Assembly: GCA_023334545.1 (NCBI GenBank)
Contig: JAADVB010000010.1
Span: 62,001 to 126,000, forward strand
Direction: 5' to 3'
Origin: Salisapilia sapeloensis CBS 127946
Lineage: Eukaryota > Protista > Oomycota
DNA length: 64,000 nucleotides
Below the pieces are notes generated by a model. That model ran no database searches and was not told the origin of the DNA. It worked only from the letters and a program-made list of their open reading frames with translations. The position numbers and the translations under genes are program-made. Shown here in pieces: positions 31,684 to 45,100 of the stretch. Position 1 is the stretch's first letter, and the number at the start of each line of letters is the position of its first letter.

Positions 31684-33066
31684 ATGAAGTTCGTGAGTTT
31701 GTACTACTTTCTAGCTAGCACCTTTTTGCTCGCATGCAACGGTGTCCAAGGTTCCTCGCATACTTCCGACTTGCTATGTGCCTTCAAAGAGAAGTATATT
31801 TCCGTTAGTCAAGCCAACTACTCTGGTCCGATCAATATTAGCCATCCGAATGCTCACACGATTTCCATTCAACTCAGTCGTCTCCACCTTGCGCCGGGCG
31901 AGTCGATCAGAGTCACAAACTCGCTCATAGACTATCCAAATCTCTACAAACACTACGACAACGATGAAGACGGATTCTCTACGAGTACAATCCCCGGAGA
32001 CTGGGTGCAGGTGGAATACAAGACAAATGCCACAAACAGTACGAGTAAAAGCGATGACTTTGGCTTTACCATCAGTGGCTACGTGCACGAAGACGTCCGT
32101 CTCGCCAAGGGACGAGATATATGTGGAAAGCGCGACATTCGACCGGCAAAATGCTTTGAGCAGGACGAGGTTCTCAAAAGTTTGCTTCCTGGTTCTTATC
32201 AAAGTGCCCGAGCCGTTGTCCGGATTTACATACCCCAGACACGTGAAAAGTGCACTGGATGGTTCATCGGAAGCACTTCATACATTATAACAGCCCAGCA
32301 CTGCATTAAATATCCCGAAATGCTAAAAGGAATCACAATCGAGGTAGATGGCGAGGCTGACGATTGTCACGGTGATTGCAAGCGCCCTCCGTTTTGCTAT
32401 GGCAAATTTCTGCAGACGAATAACACCAATACGCACTTTGTCGTTAGTGATGCAGCCATAGACTATACTATTATCTACCTTGAAGACAATGCCCTCAATG
32501 GCCTTAACAATGAGGCCTATCTTCAATTTCGTGACCGTGGCCCATTGTTGAATGAAGCTGTGTACATTCCTCAGCACGCAGGTGGCAAAGCAAAAGCAAT
32601 TGCAGCCTTCAGTGATGAGGATGAAAATATGAAGCCAATACCCGGTGTCATTCGAGCGACAGATCGAACTACATTGTGCGGTGGTCCGCATCAAGTCACC
32701 TACTTGCTTGACACTATGGCAGGGTCGTCCGGAGCTCCTGTCATCGGAAGTTTGGATAACAACGTCGTCGCTATACACATCTGTCATGGTTGCGACAACA
32801 GTGGCGTACGCCCAGATCTTATTCTTCGTCATTTGGAAAAGAATGACATTCGTATTCCGAATATTGTCGCTGATACTGGATCCAAGCTGGATAGATATTA
32901 CGATCTAATAGGATCATTGACAGAGCTAACGTCCAATATGTCAGCTTACCGGGTCGACCCGATGTCACCAACTGAACATTCAGGTACGCCAGCGCCGACT
33001 GCGTCTTTGAAAAGCTCTGTCAGCTCCACTAAGAACGAAGTTCTAGATATGCCGACAAAATATTGA
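31684..33066 (+). CDS. Secreted trypsin-fold serine protease with N-terminal pro/CUB-like region
   Basis: Signal peptide MKFVSLYYFLASTFLLACNG. Catalytic triad context CTGWFIG..ITAQHC (H), IDYTII (D), DTMAGSSGAPV (S). S/T/P-rich tail; intronless. Confidence 0.85.
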   Translation: MKFVSLYYFLASTFLLACNGVQGSSHTSDLLCAFKEKYISVSQANYSGPINISHPNAHTISIQLSRLHLAPGESIRVTNSLIDYPNLYKHYDNDEDGFSTSTIPGDWVQVEYKTNATNSTSKSDDFGFTISGYVHEDVRLAKGRDICGKRDIRPAKCFEQDEVLKSLLPGSYQSARAVVRIYIPQTREKCTGWFIGSTSYIITAQHCIKYPEMLKGITIEVDGEADDCHGDCKRPPFCYGKFLQTNNTNTHFVVSDAAIDYTIIYLEDNALNGLNNEAYLQFRDRGPLLNEAVYIPQHAGGKAKAIAAFSDEDENMKPIPGVIRATDRTTLCGGPHQVTYLLDTMAGSSGAPVIGSLDNNVVAIHICHGCDNSGVRPDLILRHLEKNDIRIPNIVADTGSKLDRYYDLIGSLTELTSNMSAYRVDPMSPTEHSGTPAPTASLKSSVSSTKNEVLDMPTKY

Positions 33067-33194
33067 TTTTAAGTTGATACGTGGACCGTCAACCAGTAAT
33101 ATCTCCAATGGTTTGTAACTGCATTCATCTTGGGATTCCTCTAGCGTACAAGTGACTTAAGTGCAATGGAACACTTCTTTTCAAATACGTCAAA

Positions 33195-36100
33195 TTAAAA
33201 TCTTAATTGGTCACTTGGATCGATGCCAGACCAGCCAGTCATCTCGGTTTCGCCTAGTCTAAAGTCACCGTCCATCTCGACGCAGTTGTGGATTGCATAC
33301 TGTAGCCTTTGCCGACAGATTTCATCCGTGGTATAACTTGGTAGCTGTAGTGCAAAGAAGCACGTGTGTGACTTTGGTAGCTGAATGTCCATGTCCACTT
33401 TCTTCGCTTTTGTTTCTTCGGTCTTCTCTCTTGCTGTCTCTGACCCAGTGCTCACGGACAGCAACTGTATTTTGAACTTTTGATGGAACTGTGAGCTGTT
33501 CGTCGGTAGCCGAGCTCTTGCCCAGACGAAGCGGAGGAATGCTCGCTTATCACTGTTATCCATGTCCATCAAAACACGCCAGAAACGTTGTACTACTACA
33601 TGTTCAGCACTAAGGTCTTCATCGTACTCCGTATTCTCCTTCAGCAAGTTGATATCAATTTCATCTGACCCGCAAACGCGAGCTTCCAGCTCTGTCCAAG
33701 TGTAAAGATGAAGTGCTGTGACAGGTAGAATTGAATGAATGCCTTGCTTGATGATATTGATGACCTTGGCCATCTCGCCTTGCCGTGCTCGCAACACTGC
33801 ACTCAGGTAGTCTTTGAGATTTGCTGTTGTAACCTGAAGGTCCTCGCCTTGGTAGCAAAGCACTTTTTCACTTCCATCCGATAAACAGGTTGTAAAGAAT
33901 AGATCCATGCACATCACTTCTTCATCTAACTCGTGCTTTCTCCGAGTGCTTTGATCTGAGTCATCTGCTTCCAACTCGTCATATTCGATTGAAATGCGCT
34001 TTAGAGCTGTCCATAAAGTGTACGCAGACTGATCTGTTTCTTGCATGTCTCGAAGCACAGCTTCATCGTCTTGTTCGGCACTGCTCACGCCAACGAGCTG
34101 CCGCCACACTGCTCCTGCTAAATCCAGTCGGATGCATATACCCGTACGTAGCCCGATCGCCAGCATCTGCCCTATGAAATGGAACATTTCTCCATATAAC
34201 TGCTGAGTTTCACTCATGCGTTCGTTCCTTTCATCGCTTACTAGGCCAGCATTCAAGACAAATTTCTCTCGGTTATCTCCGACGCTATTTCTCCAATTGG
34301 GGCAGGGTAAGAAGAACGGAAGTAGGCACTTTTTCACAGACGTGTCGATCTTATCCTTCTTGCTGGTAGCGGTGTCAATGCTAGTGAGATCTAACTCTTG
34401 CAGCTCTGCAAAAAACTGAGAAAAGAACTCGCGGTAAGGTCCACCGTAGTCATCCACTCCTTCACCTTCGAACTTTACTTTGAAACTCCTCCATTGTCCG
34501 TCATCCATTGGGTGAGAATAGAGCATACGAAGGCTACGGATGGGTAAAAAGTGAAGCTGCTCGAACGTTTGGCCGACGAGAGACATCATCAAGCTTTCCA
34601 TGGTTCCAGGGTGGCATTTTGCAGTAGCAGCTTTCGGTCGATTTAGAAGAATTTGAGGCAAATCCTCTGGATAATCGTAATCGTCATCTCCATGTCGTGT
34701 CGCATGGGCGGTTTTCGTACTCAATTCGTTGAATGCATCGTGCTTGATGGTTGTGAATAAGAGCTCACGACAATTTGCCAGAAGCTGACTTGGAAGGAAG
34801 CTTGTCTTTGGATTGAAGTAATTCCATGTCAAATCAAAGTACGCTACGACGTGACTGAAGCACCAGTTAAGGTATCGAAGTAGACCAAAGCGAGACAAGA
34901 GAGCTATATCTTTTTCTGTCCATGAAGCATTTAATTTGCTGTTGTCTTCGACTTGTCGATTGGCGTTGATATCTAAAAGACTCAAGACTTCACTTGCTGA
35001 TAAGTTCCACGGAACGACTCCTTTCTTATCGCAATGCTCGTTTACAGCGTGCATCAGGCTTTCATCCTTTCCTAAGCGTCCTTGGTGCTCATTTATCGCG
35101 GTGTTGAACACTTCTAACGTGATCACGCTGGACGAATCAAAGACATTATCTACTGCGACGTGTGAATTAGCACATGCGCTCTTCTCATTTGCCTCCGTGT
35201 CATTAACTGCTTTCCTTTCTGTAATATTAGTCGCTACGATTCCGGCCTGCTCAATACTGTCTGTAGACTTTGCAGCTTTTTCATCTAAAGCTTCTGAGTT
35301 TGACGATATGGACTGCAGCTTGGATGGATGGAAGAACCACGCTCCGTCCTCTCCGTCAATATCCACCCAAAGCCGATCGTTGGCAACCCCAGCCACTCTG
35401 CCATCGCCTCGTAGTGTTTTCACTCTTTCGCCGACCTGAAATCCAAATACCTGGCAGCAAGTTTCACCGACATCCACCCACAATCCATCGCCGGACCGCG
35501 TCTTTACATATCGCTTATTTCCAAACAACCATTGCTGTGTAAATTCAAATGCAGCCTTCACAATATTCGCATTCATTACATTTGCATTCCACCGCGATTC
35601 CATCATCTCACATATGACTACACAATGCTCAATGTTATTCTCCTTTCCAACCTTCATTCGATCATCAGGATTAACATTCTCCTCATCGGTTGCATCAATA
35701 ACAAAACTCACTCGTTGGTTACGAGAATACAGAGCTACTGCTGGACATACCTCTCCAACTATGTTTTCAAATGCCGTTCCGAATATAACTCCATTCTTAG
35801 CAAACGACAATGTGCCTTTTTCACAGTCTAAATGAACGCCAATAACGTCTCCTTCCCCAAAGTGTTCACCATATGACCGTACGCGACTACGTTGATAGTA
35901 CAAGGCTTGATCTCCGATATAACCCCACGAGAACGTATCGGATCCCAAGAATGAGTCCACGTTAACTCGTTTGGAATCAGCAACACCGATGAACAGATAT
36001 GCACAACTACTTCTCTCAATTCGTACTTCCCATGTGTGACTTCCGGATGAAAACTTTTGAGCTGCACAGACTGTCTTCCAGAGCTCACTACCGGTATAAG

Positions 36101-39100
36101 AGACTGTGGATCCGTTGTCGGAGATGGTGAGCAGTGGACTACGAGCTTTTTTTCGATCAAATTGAAGGTGTCTCTCAGATAATGGACTTGCCTCGAGTGG
36201 TGGTAGAAATTGAATGCTTTGATCATACGCATCAGTAAGACAAGGGAAGTTTGATTCAGCGTCGCTTTTCCGGATGACGTAGAGTAATTCGATGTATGCT
36301 TGCAAGTACAAAGAGAAAATCGACCTGTCCTGAACGAGTTCTCGGTCGTGTCGAGCATTTGCCGCCTGAAGAACTTCTGCATACGACAGATTGCTCTCTC
36401 GAATCCAGCTTTCTACGAAGCTGCTCTCAACCTTACCACAAATGCGCAACAATTGGCTAAGCGTGTGAATCGTGATGCACTTTAGAGAAACATTTGAAGT
36501 CGATAACAATTTCTCCAGCCTCGTCAACCATTTCCGACATTGACTCGTATCCCAAACTTTCTGATCGTGACAAGCTTCGAGGAAAATGTCAAGCATCCAG
36601 ACACTGAGTTCAACGGAAGGCTGCTGCATGGCATCGACATCACATAGATCCAGCCCTCGCTGTGTCCATACATACGCTTCGTACTCCGTCCCATTCAGCG
36701 CCATCTCCAGTTCATTCAAACACATATCCATTCCGCACTCTAGTGCAGACTTTCCATCATCTTTAATGATACGCTGAAGGACACCAGACAATATGTCATA
36801 AGCGCTACTTCTAGTCGAGCAACTAGTCTCTTTATCGATCGCTGAATGAACATGGCTTGAGAACTGGTCACCTCGAAACAGTACCGCTTTGCACAGTTGA
36901 AACAACTGTACAAAATCTTCTTTCGTATGCCCGCCTTGATCTGAGTACAAGGAAAATGAATGCACCAAGGTCTTACGTGCATATAATATGACTGCCATCT
37001 TTTCAAATGTCAAAAGTTGTGCAACAAGCGTTTGCATGGACATTTGCTTCACTTCTTCGTCAAACTCCCGAAGCACTGCATGAAGAGGTAAGCTCGACTG
37101 GTCTTTCTTTTGATTTTCAAAGCGTTCTGGAGACCGAGGCTTGACCGGGCTCGTGTTGCCTGTAATCTTACGTTTCGAGCCTAATTGCGCCTCAGCCACT
37201 GTTGATCTCCACTTCGTAAAGAAGGTTGTTAAATCATTCGATCTATATCCGCCTTCCTCAAATGGGAAGTACATTTCGCCAAACGTTCTTCTTCCTGTCT
37301 CTATGTCGTGAAGTATGCCTACAGTCTGTTTGCTTTCAATCGTCGGTATACACTGTTCTGGATACGGTGTCAGTACTTGCATCGTTTTCTCATCCTTAGA
37401 CTCATCCGTATCATCGTCATCATCATTAAACATGGTGGATGCGTCCATTTCGTCTTGACCTCGCTTTTCCAGGGAAAACTGCATTCGAGTGAGATAGTCT
37501 AGATTATCTACAATCCATGCAGATGCACTCACAATATCATTTCCTGTCTGCTTTAAAGCAAGCGTACACCATTCCTCCGGAAATCCCATCATCATAAGCT
37601 CCTCTATAAATTCTGCCTGAGTCTCTTCGTCATCCATATCATCTTCGCTATCATCGGAATTGGACAAGTCATCGTCCTCACCAACGTCATCTGCGTTAGC
37701 ACTTCCATTTGAATTTCCGTCACTCTCGTTCTTAGGAAGCTCCATATCGTAGCTGGATGTATCGATTTGAAGATTTAAAGAAAATGAATGTCGATTGCCA
37801 ACCTGTTCTACCTTGAAAATTCCTGACGGGTGTAACTTTACGCTAGGTTCTTCTGTTTTGTTTAATAGACACTTGGCCAACTCGAACGACCCTTCTTCTT
37901 GTAAATCGTCTGAAATGGAAAGCAATTGAAGGTGAAGTAGACTCAGTTTGTGTTCCAATTCCGTCAATGTACAAAACTGATGCACTTGCCCTGTTTCCAA
38001 TGCAAGTTTCCACACGATGTTCCTGTAGCTTTTCAGCTCGTCTGCATTGGGGGCTGTCTTCGAATTGGAAACGGAATGAGCCAACGCTTTCATCCATAAA
38101 CGTCTTGCCTGGAGATGTGAAATAAACTTGAATGGATCATCTCCACTTTGATACTCGATGACCTCTTCTACTAAGAAATTTAGACACGACAAACCATCAG
38201 TGGCACACTTGGACGGCTGAGTCGCTTTTATCGGCACAGGGTCAAGGAGTGGATGGATGGGTTCAAGATCATCAATATTGACCCATCTACACCGAGATGC
38301 AATGGAGTCTTTGTTGTTACTACCTGACCTATGCATTTGCTGTTCGAGCGTCCTTAGTTGCTGATCAACGTTCTCACACCATCCGTTTAATTCCAAATTA
38401 CTGATGTTGCATTCTTCGTGAAGTACTATCGCTCCGATTGTACAGTCTCTAGATTGGAACCACTTTGGAAGAGGGGAGGGAGGCATGGGTGTGTCTTGGT
38501 TAGTATTCTGCACAGCTATCAACGTTGCATACTTGTCAGTGCCTGCAAGATAAACCGTCGATCCAGGTCGTAAGGTCTCCAATACAGTGTTCGCCACTGA
38601 GAGAGCTGCAACTACTTCAGCTCGTTCAACTTGACTCCTTTCAATAGTTATACCGTTGATACGATAAAAGAGTCGCTCTTGTACATTGCTTCTGTCCGAA
38701 AGCGTGTTCTGTAGGACTTGCTTAATGGCTTCACTCCATTTCGATGAAGATTTATATAGCTGCTGTAGTAAAAGTATAAGTTCCTTCGCTACCAGACTCT
38801 TCAAAGCTATCGAGCTCGAATTAGCTCGACTTGTCCATGGTAAGCTTTCATCTTTCATGTCCTCTTGATCATTATAACTTTTGAGGTAGGAGCTTAGGAA
38901 ATCGAGACTAGTGCTAGATTTCTCGTCATTAGCATCGACTGCTGTTGGGTTTAATTCACCACTTAACGAAAACCCAATTATCTGTAGGATGCTTTGAATA
39001 CAAATGGAGTCTTTACTATAAAAGCAGGCGGGGACATTTGCATAAAAGCTTTGTCGCATGGCTTTCGATGCATCTCCTGGTGTCTGTAAGGTCAAGAGGG

Positions 39101-42100
39101 ACTGTAGGGCTTTTAGTATGGTCTGTCGTACTGGAAGGGAGTTCACATGCGCAAACAGTTTCCAGAGCATCGTCGTCCACTTTGACCCTGCGTTTGAAAA
39201 GTAGGCGATTCCTTCTGAAGACGGTGCCAGTACGCTCAAAATGCATGACAAATCATACGCAACTTGGTACTGCCCTTTGCTCTTAACTATATCCTCAAGG
39301 TAGCTATTGCTTTTTTTGCCAGCACCATCGAGTATAGGCTTATATTCATCGTGAACAATTCGAACATGGATTGGCGATAGAGCCCGGTTATGAAAGCGAA
39401 AGTGATTCAGAAATCCTGTAAAGCTCTGAATATTGAACGAGTCATGACTGTCTCTTGATGACTTTGCGTCGTCGTTTTCGGACTTTCGTAAATTTGCAGA
39501 CGACAGTAGTCGACGAATTGCTCCAAAGACACTATTTTTCTCCGTCAATTCGTCAGAGTCTTTCAAAACATCGGATGGGATCCTGCCGAAGTGAAACGGT
39601 AAATCGACATTTGCTGTCGACCATGATGTAAGCAACTCTGGTGACAGAGTGAGCTGACTGTCAGGAATACCATTCACGTATAAACGAAGTTTCATGCCTT
39701 CTACGACAATACCAATGTGTATCCACATGTGCCCCATCACAGGATTTTTCGAGACAAGTCGTTCCCATATCGTGCCAGTGGTACTGATGTTTTCGGTATT
39801 TAAAGCTGACGATGGAGACCGAACTAAACCCAATTCCAAATACCACTCGGCTCCACCTTCAGGACGTAATAACAGATATGGAGATAGCTCTTGTGCATTT
39901 CCTCGAAAGAAGACGAGTCTATAATCTTCTGAAGAGTCGAAGAAATTGGTCATATTAGAAGGTGCTGGACGCTCATCGATGTAAAGCCACATTGTCATGC
40001 TAAACGTGTTCGGTTTGCATAGAGGAGCCATTGGTGGACAAGTATCTTTCTCTTCAGGACGAACTTTAGGTGCTAGTAGTTCATTGTAAGGGACTATAAA
40101 TCCTTTGCGTAACTGATGAAATTTGCAAGGACGCCGAATAAGCTCAAAGCTTCTACGAAGGGTAGGTTGAGAAGGCAAGATGGGCGGAATAGCCTCAGGC
40201 ATCGAAGGAGTTGAAGCTCGTTTTTGATCTTTTGAGCCACTTGATTCCTGCAAGGTGTCTAACATTTTCATGTAAAGTAGATCCATAACGGCATTTGGCA
40301 TTGCGTATACAGGCCTCTGTAATTTCCTGGTAGATCCGTCCCGAATCTGTTTTTGATCTGTGAACTGCAGGTAGATATGCTGGAATAGTTCCCAGGCAGT
40401 GCATTCTAGTTTATTTATTGCAGTGTTTGCCGTTAATATATCGCTTGGCACGCTCTTTTCAGACTTGGACAGCGTCTCTAGCCAGGTCTTTATGCCTTTT
40501 AATGCTTCAAGCAAGTCTGCTAATAATTCGAGTATTCCAGAGTCTGCAACAAGTACAAAAGTCTCTTCTGTAAGACGAATACTCCAGCATTGAAGCATTC
40601 GAACTAGTAATACACAAGCATGTGGGATGGAAGCAGGTGTCTCTGCTTCCCGAAGAGTCTTCATTTCTGACCGTATGCACTCTACTACGTAACAGAGTAG
40701 ATCGAAGAGTGCATTTCTATGTAACTCCGCAAAGAATAAGCTCCCATCCTCCACGTAGAGGGCATCCACACTCGGGATGTAAACGGAGAATAGGTATGTC
40801 ACAACTTGCTCGTAAATGTCTAGCCGCACCGATTTATGTCGTGGTAATCGCATCAACTCAATCAAATGTTGTATTCCTTGAACTGAACAGCTCCTTCGAC
40901 GCAAAGGATCCACGAGAACAGAGTTTAGAAAAGAAGGACTACTTGCGTCGGCATCACTGACAGCAAAGGCTAAGATAGCATTGTCTACGTTAACAGTGGA
41001 TACAGGATAGCGTATGAACGATTTCCAACGCGTCAGTACGTGTACCAAGGTACGCACTATTTTCCAACGAGAATTTGGATATGCGAATAGGAATGGTAAC
41101 TCATTATCCGTGTACGTTGCGCACATATGATACTTGACGCTTCCTTCCTGACTCGTAGCGTAGCCATTGCCAGTACAGCTTATATACCCTGAATCAAAAG
41201 GTGCGACATACCCACCATCTAGTTCATTACAGCGATGCTCATCAGCGTCGCGATTCTCAAGTAAGCTGAGAAGTATACAACGTTTCATAACTTGTTCCTT
41301 CATCTTGAAGACCTGGTCATTAACTAAACTAGACAATTGGCTAAAGTCTCCGTTGTTCTTGATCTCAGTAGCCTGAGACGCAACAGTGCGACGAAGCGAT
41401 GCCACTGTCTTCCACAAATGCAAAAAAGCTTTTGGACATTGACCGGGAATCGGTAGTCCAGCATCACTTCGCCCCAAGACAAAGTGCATGCACTGAGCAA
41501 CGAGGTCAGTGTGTACTACGAGAGCAGCAAACATCGCGTTCTCCAATTTGCAGTCCACACTAATGCAATCCACTGAAGAGTTCAAAGTCGTTCGAGCGAG
41601 CATTCGATAGCTTAAATTTGTCCGACTGTATTCGCGTCGAACCCAGTCGCAAACTCGGGCAGCAGCCGCACAGCAATGTGGTCCAGCCAATTCACTACCT
41701 TTCCTATGTTCTCCACTCAGGCACAGTAAGAACTGCGTAGTGGAACTATGATTGAACACGTCTGCATAAGTGTCCACATTGACGAATGGAAAGTTCGAAG
41801 CCCCATGTTTCCATACGTGTGTACCTGTCGTAATGAACCGCGGAGGCGGAACGACTAATTTCATCGACTGAACATGCGCTTCCCAAGATGTAGACGTACA
41901 TTCGTAAAGGTCTTGAAAAGTAGCGTGAACAACTTCCTGCGAAAAATTACATCCTGGAAGACTGTTTCGTAAAAATTCGGATTGTATACCTCCTCTTAGG
42001 AGCTGCTTCGAATTCGCTAACACGCTTCCATAAATGCTATCTGCGTTCGCATCTTTGGCATGAAGCGGATCGCCTTGCATTATTGTGATGGCACAATTTG

Positions 42101-45100
42101 CAGCAATGGAGGCAGTAAGTCGTTCCAATTGCACATTCCAAGGTAGAGCTCGGCACGTGGAAAGCTCTGCCAATAGAGTTGACTTTCTTTCTGGTAGATT
42201 TAATTTTGCATGGCAATGTCCTTCATACTGTTTCGCTTTACTACTTGTGCTATTGAAGCGGACAAGTAGTCTAAGTAATATTTTCAATACTGGTAGCAGC
42301 GCTGCTGATACTAAAGGTCTTGAGGAAAAGTTGGATAGACATCGCAAGAGCGTTGGCAACACCCCACCTACTATTGAGCTCTCAACTGTAGCCTCGATAA
42401 ACGACTCAAGGTGACGGCGTTTATCACCCATAGGCTTCATATAACCTTCCCCATTGAAATCAGCAAAACCACCGACGGACGAAAGGTGCAAGAAAACATC
42501 ACAGCAGCTCTGAAGAATCCTAGTTGCAAAACCGATAAAGCATTTTAGCTCGCTAGGAATGGAAGCCATATCCTTTAAGTCAAATCGAAAAGCGTTTACG
42601 ATAACACTCGATAGCTTTTCGGAAACGCTTGCTTCGGATGCATTCTCGTCACCAAGATGCAAAGAGCCCCATGATTTAATAGTCACCGCTGTACTTGTAA
42701 GGTGCTTTAAGATGCCGAGAAGGAATGTTGCTCCTGCCTCTACTTCCTTGCTCGCGGTATCTGTCGATAGAGGTATCGCAGCGTTTAATCCTTCGTCTAG
42801 TTCTTTTATAAACTGCTTCATCAATTGATCAACAACCGCAACGTAGATAGGCTTAAGCATATCGACACTGTCTCCCACGACGTCCAACGTGTTAGCATTG
42901 TTCATCTGACCTTCCTCTCGCGTGTTTTGACTGAAGAATGGGAGTAACTCAGCTACAGACATATTTTCACATACTTGCTGTAGCACTTGAACTCGAAGAA
43001 CGTTTCCCATCGGCACAGCTTGCTTGATGTGCCAATTCAGTAAGGTGCATTTGTTTTCGGTCTCCTTCCCATGATACCTCGGATCACCGTCGCTACTGAC
43101 AGCTTGAAGTATGAACTGGAACTTGGCGCATGGACACGGAAAGAAAAGCTCGAACCCTGCCATTAAAGCCTTCATTGATGATTTTGTAACGGTACTTGTC
43201 CAGTCGGTATCTGGTGTCAATTCCTGCTCGTTATATAATGCATCACCGTTTGAATTCGCAAGAGCAAGCAAAAGATCTCGTAGACGAAGCATCACCGAGG
43301 TGTCCGTGTGCACCTCTTTCGTGCTCTCACTTTGAGCCGAATGAGCTTTCGACAGAAGTATGAATGCCCTAGCTCCGCCTGATCGTAATAGTGTAATAAT
43401 GTTACAATGCACAAGCTTTATGCATGCGTTGAGCAAGTAAAATTGAAGCTCACAGAGCTCATCAGAAGACGCTTGTGGTCTATTCTGGTACGTTTGCTTC
43501 TGTGTAGTTAGCAGCTCCTGCACTCCTCGCAACGCGTCAATGTCATAATTCCAAACATGCTCTATAAGTACAACTAGCGTTTCAAATGTCAAACTCTTTG
43601 CATGCACAGCGTATGGCTCGAACAAGCCCGGGAGCGGCCAATGCCAATGCGCTTTTTGTACTTGACTGGCATCATTCCATCGGATTTTTTCGGTGTCGTA
43701 TTCACTCAAGTGTTCCATCCTTGTAGGCAAAGACCTGGAAGCAAGTTCGTCACTAATGCGTTCAAGCTCCGCAACCAAAAAGACAGCAATGAAAACAGAG
43801 TCCGATTTTAACGCAGGTATCGCTTGATTGGATTCAGCAGAATCACATTCGTTATTTACAGGTGGCACGGAAGATGTAGGAGCTGTAGTTAAAAGAGTAT
43901 CCTGGATAACAGGGACCTCATGGTGGTCGTTGGGCATTGTGGTAGCGTCTATGAAAGACGTGGTAACTTCTGCGTTATAGCCAAGCGAAGTTAATGGACT
44001 TCTTTCATCGCTACCACTGTGTAGAGAAGAAATGGATTCTTGTCCGGTATTGCGTAAGAAAGCTTGCACGTTTTCATTTGCAAGAATCCAAGAGTAGTTT
44101 ATGAATGTTTGAGGAGGCTTGCTCAATCCTGATGCAGTATAATTACCGGTAGTACTCCCACTGTCCATTTTTGGATCCCCGCCACCCTTGTCTCCGCTCG
44201 CACTCTCTTCATCGATTCCGCCAGTCAAGACTATTGTGTGATAAAACCCAGTAGCCACCATTGCGACTCGCTTGCCGACAAAGTCTTCTATTGCAACAGG
44301 AGAAAGCCTCTCTATTGTGTCGCCTGTTCCAAGTTGTCCGTGGTTATTTCGTCCAAAGACATATAACACACCGTTCGAGCTAGTTGCAACGGTGTGATAG
44401 CAACCACAACTAACTTGCGTAATGTCCTTATCTGACAGACTTTCAATGCGTTGAGGGCGAAGAACCCGTTGCTGATGTTCATTCTTGCCGTTTGGCAGGA
44501 TAGATTCGCCAAGTCCAAGCTGCCCATAGTCATTGCGACCAAACCCATAGAGAGACCCACTGGCGCACTTTACTATTGAGTGATAATATCCGCACGATAC
44601 TTGAGCACACTGCTCTGTCAACAAGCCCTTTACCGGCACTCGTTTAGGGATGCTCTGTAACTCCAGACTTTCCTCACCTATTTGCCCATAATCGTTCTTC
44701 CCAAAAGTGTACAAATCACCACTTGTAGTCACAACGGCAGAGTGGTATTGCCCACAGGAGATGGAGGCAACTGCCTGTCCACCTAGAGCAATCACCGGCT
44801 GCGGCTCTCTTCTATCGTTCATATCTCCGAGACCGAGTTGACCGTAGTCATTTCGACCGAATGTGTAGACGCTTTCGCTGTAGTAAAAGCTTTCACAGGT
44901 CACAATTGTGTGATAGTAACTGCATGAAACGAGCTTCACTTTTTTACTGATAAGGCTGCGAATGATGCGGGGGGAGTATTCACTCGCAGAGTTTCCATGG
45001 CCTAACTGCCCTCGATAATTGTAGCCAGACGTCGCAGCCTGTCCGTCTTGAGTAAGGAAGACAGTATGTTCACACCCGTTGTACGCATGCACACTCGTAA

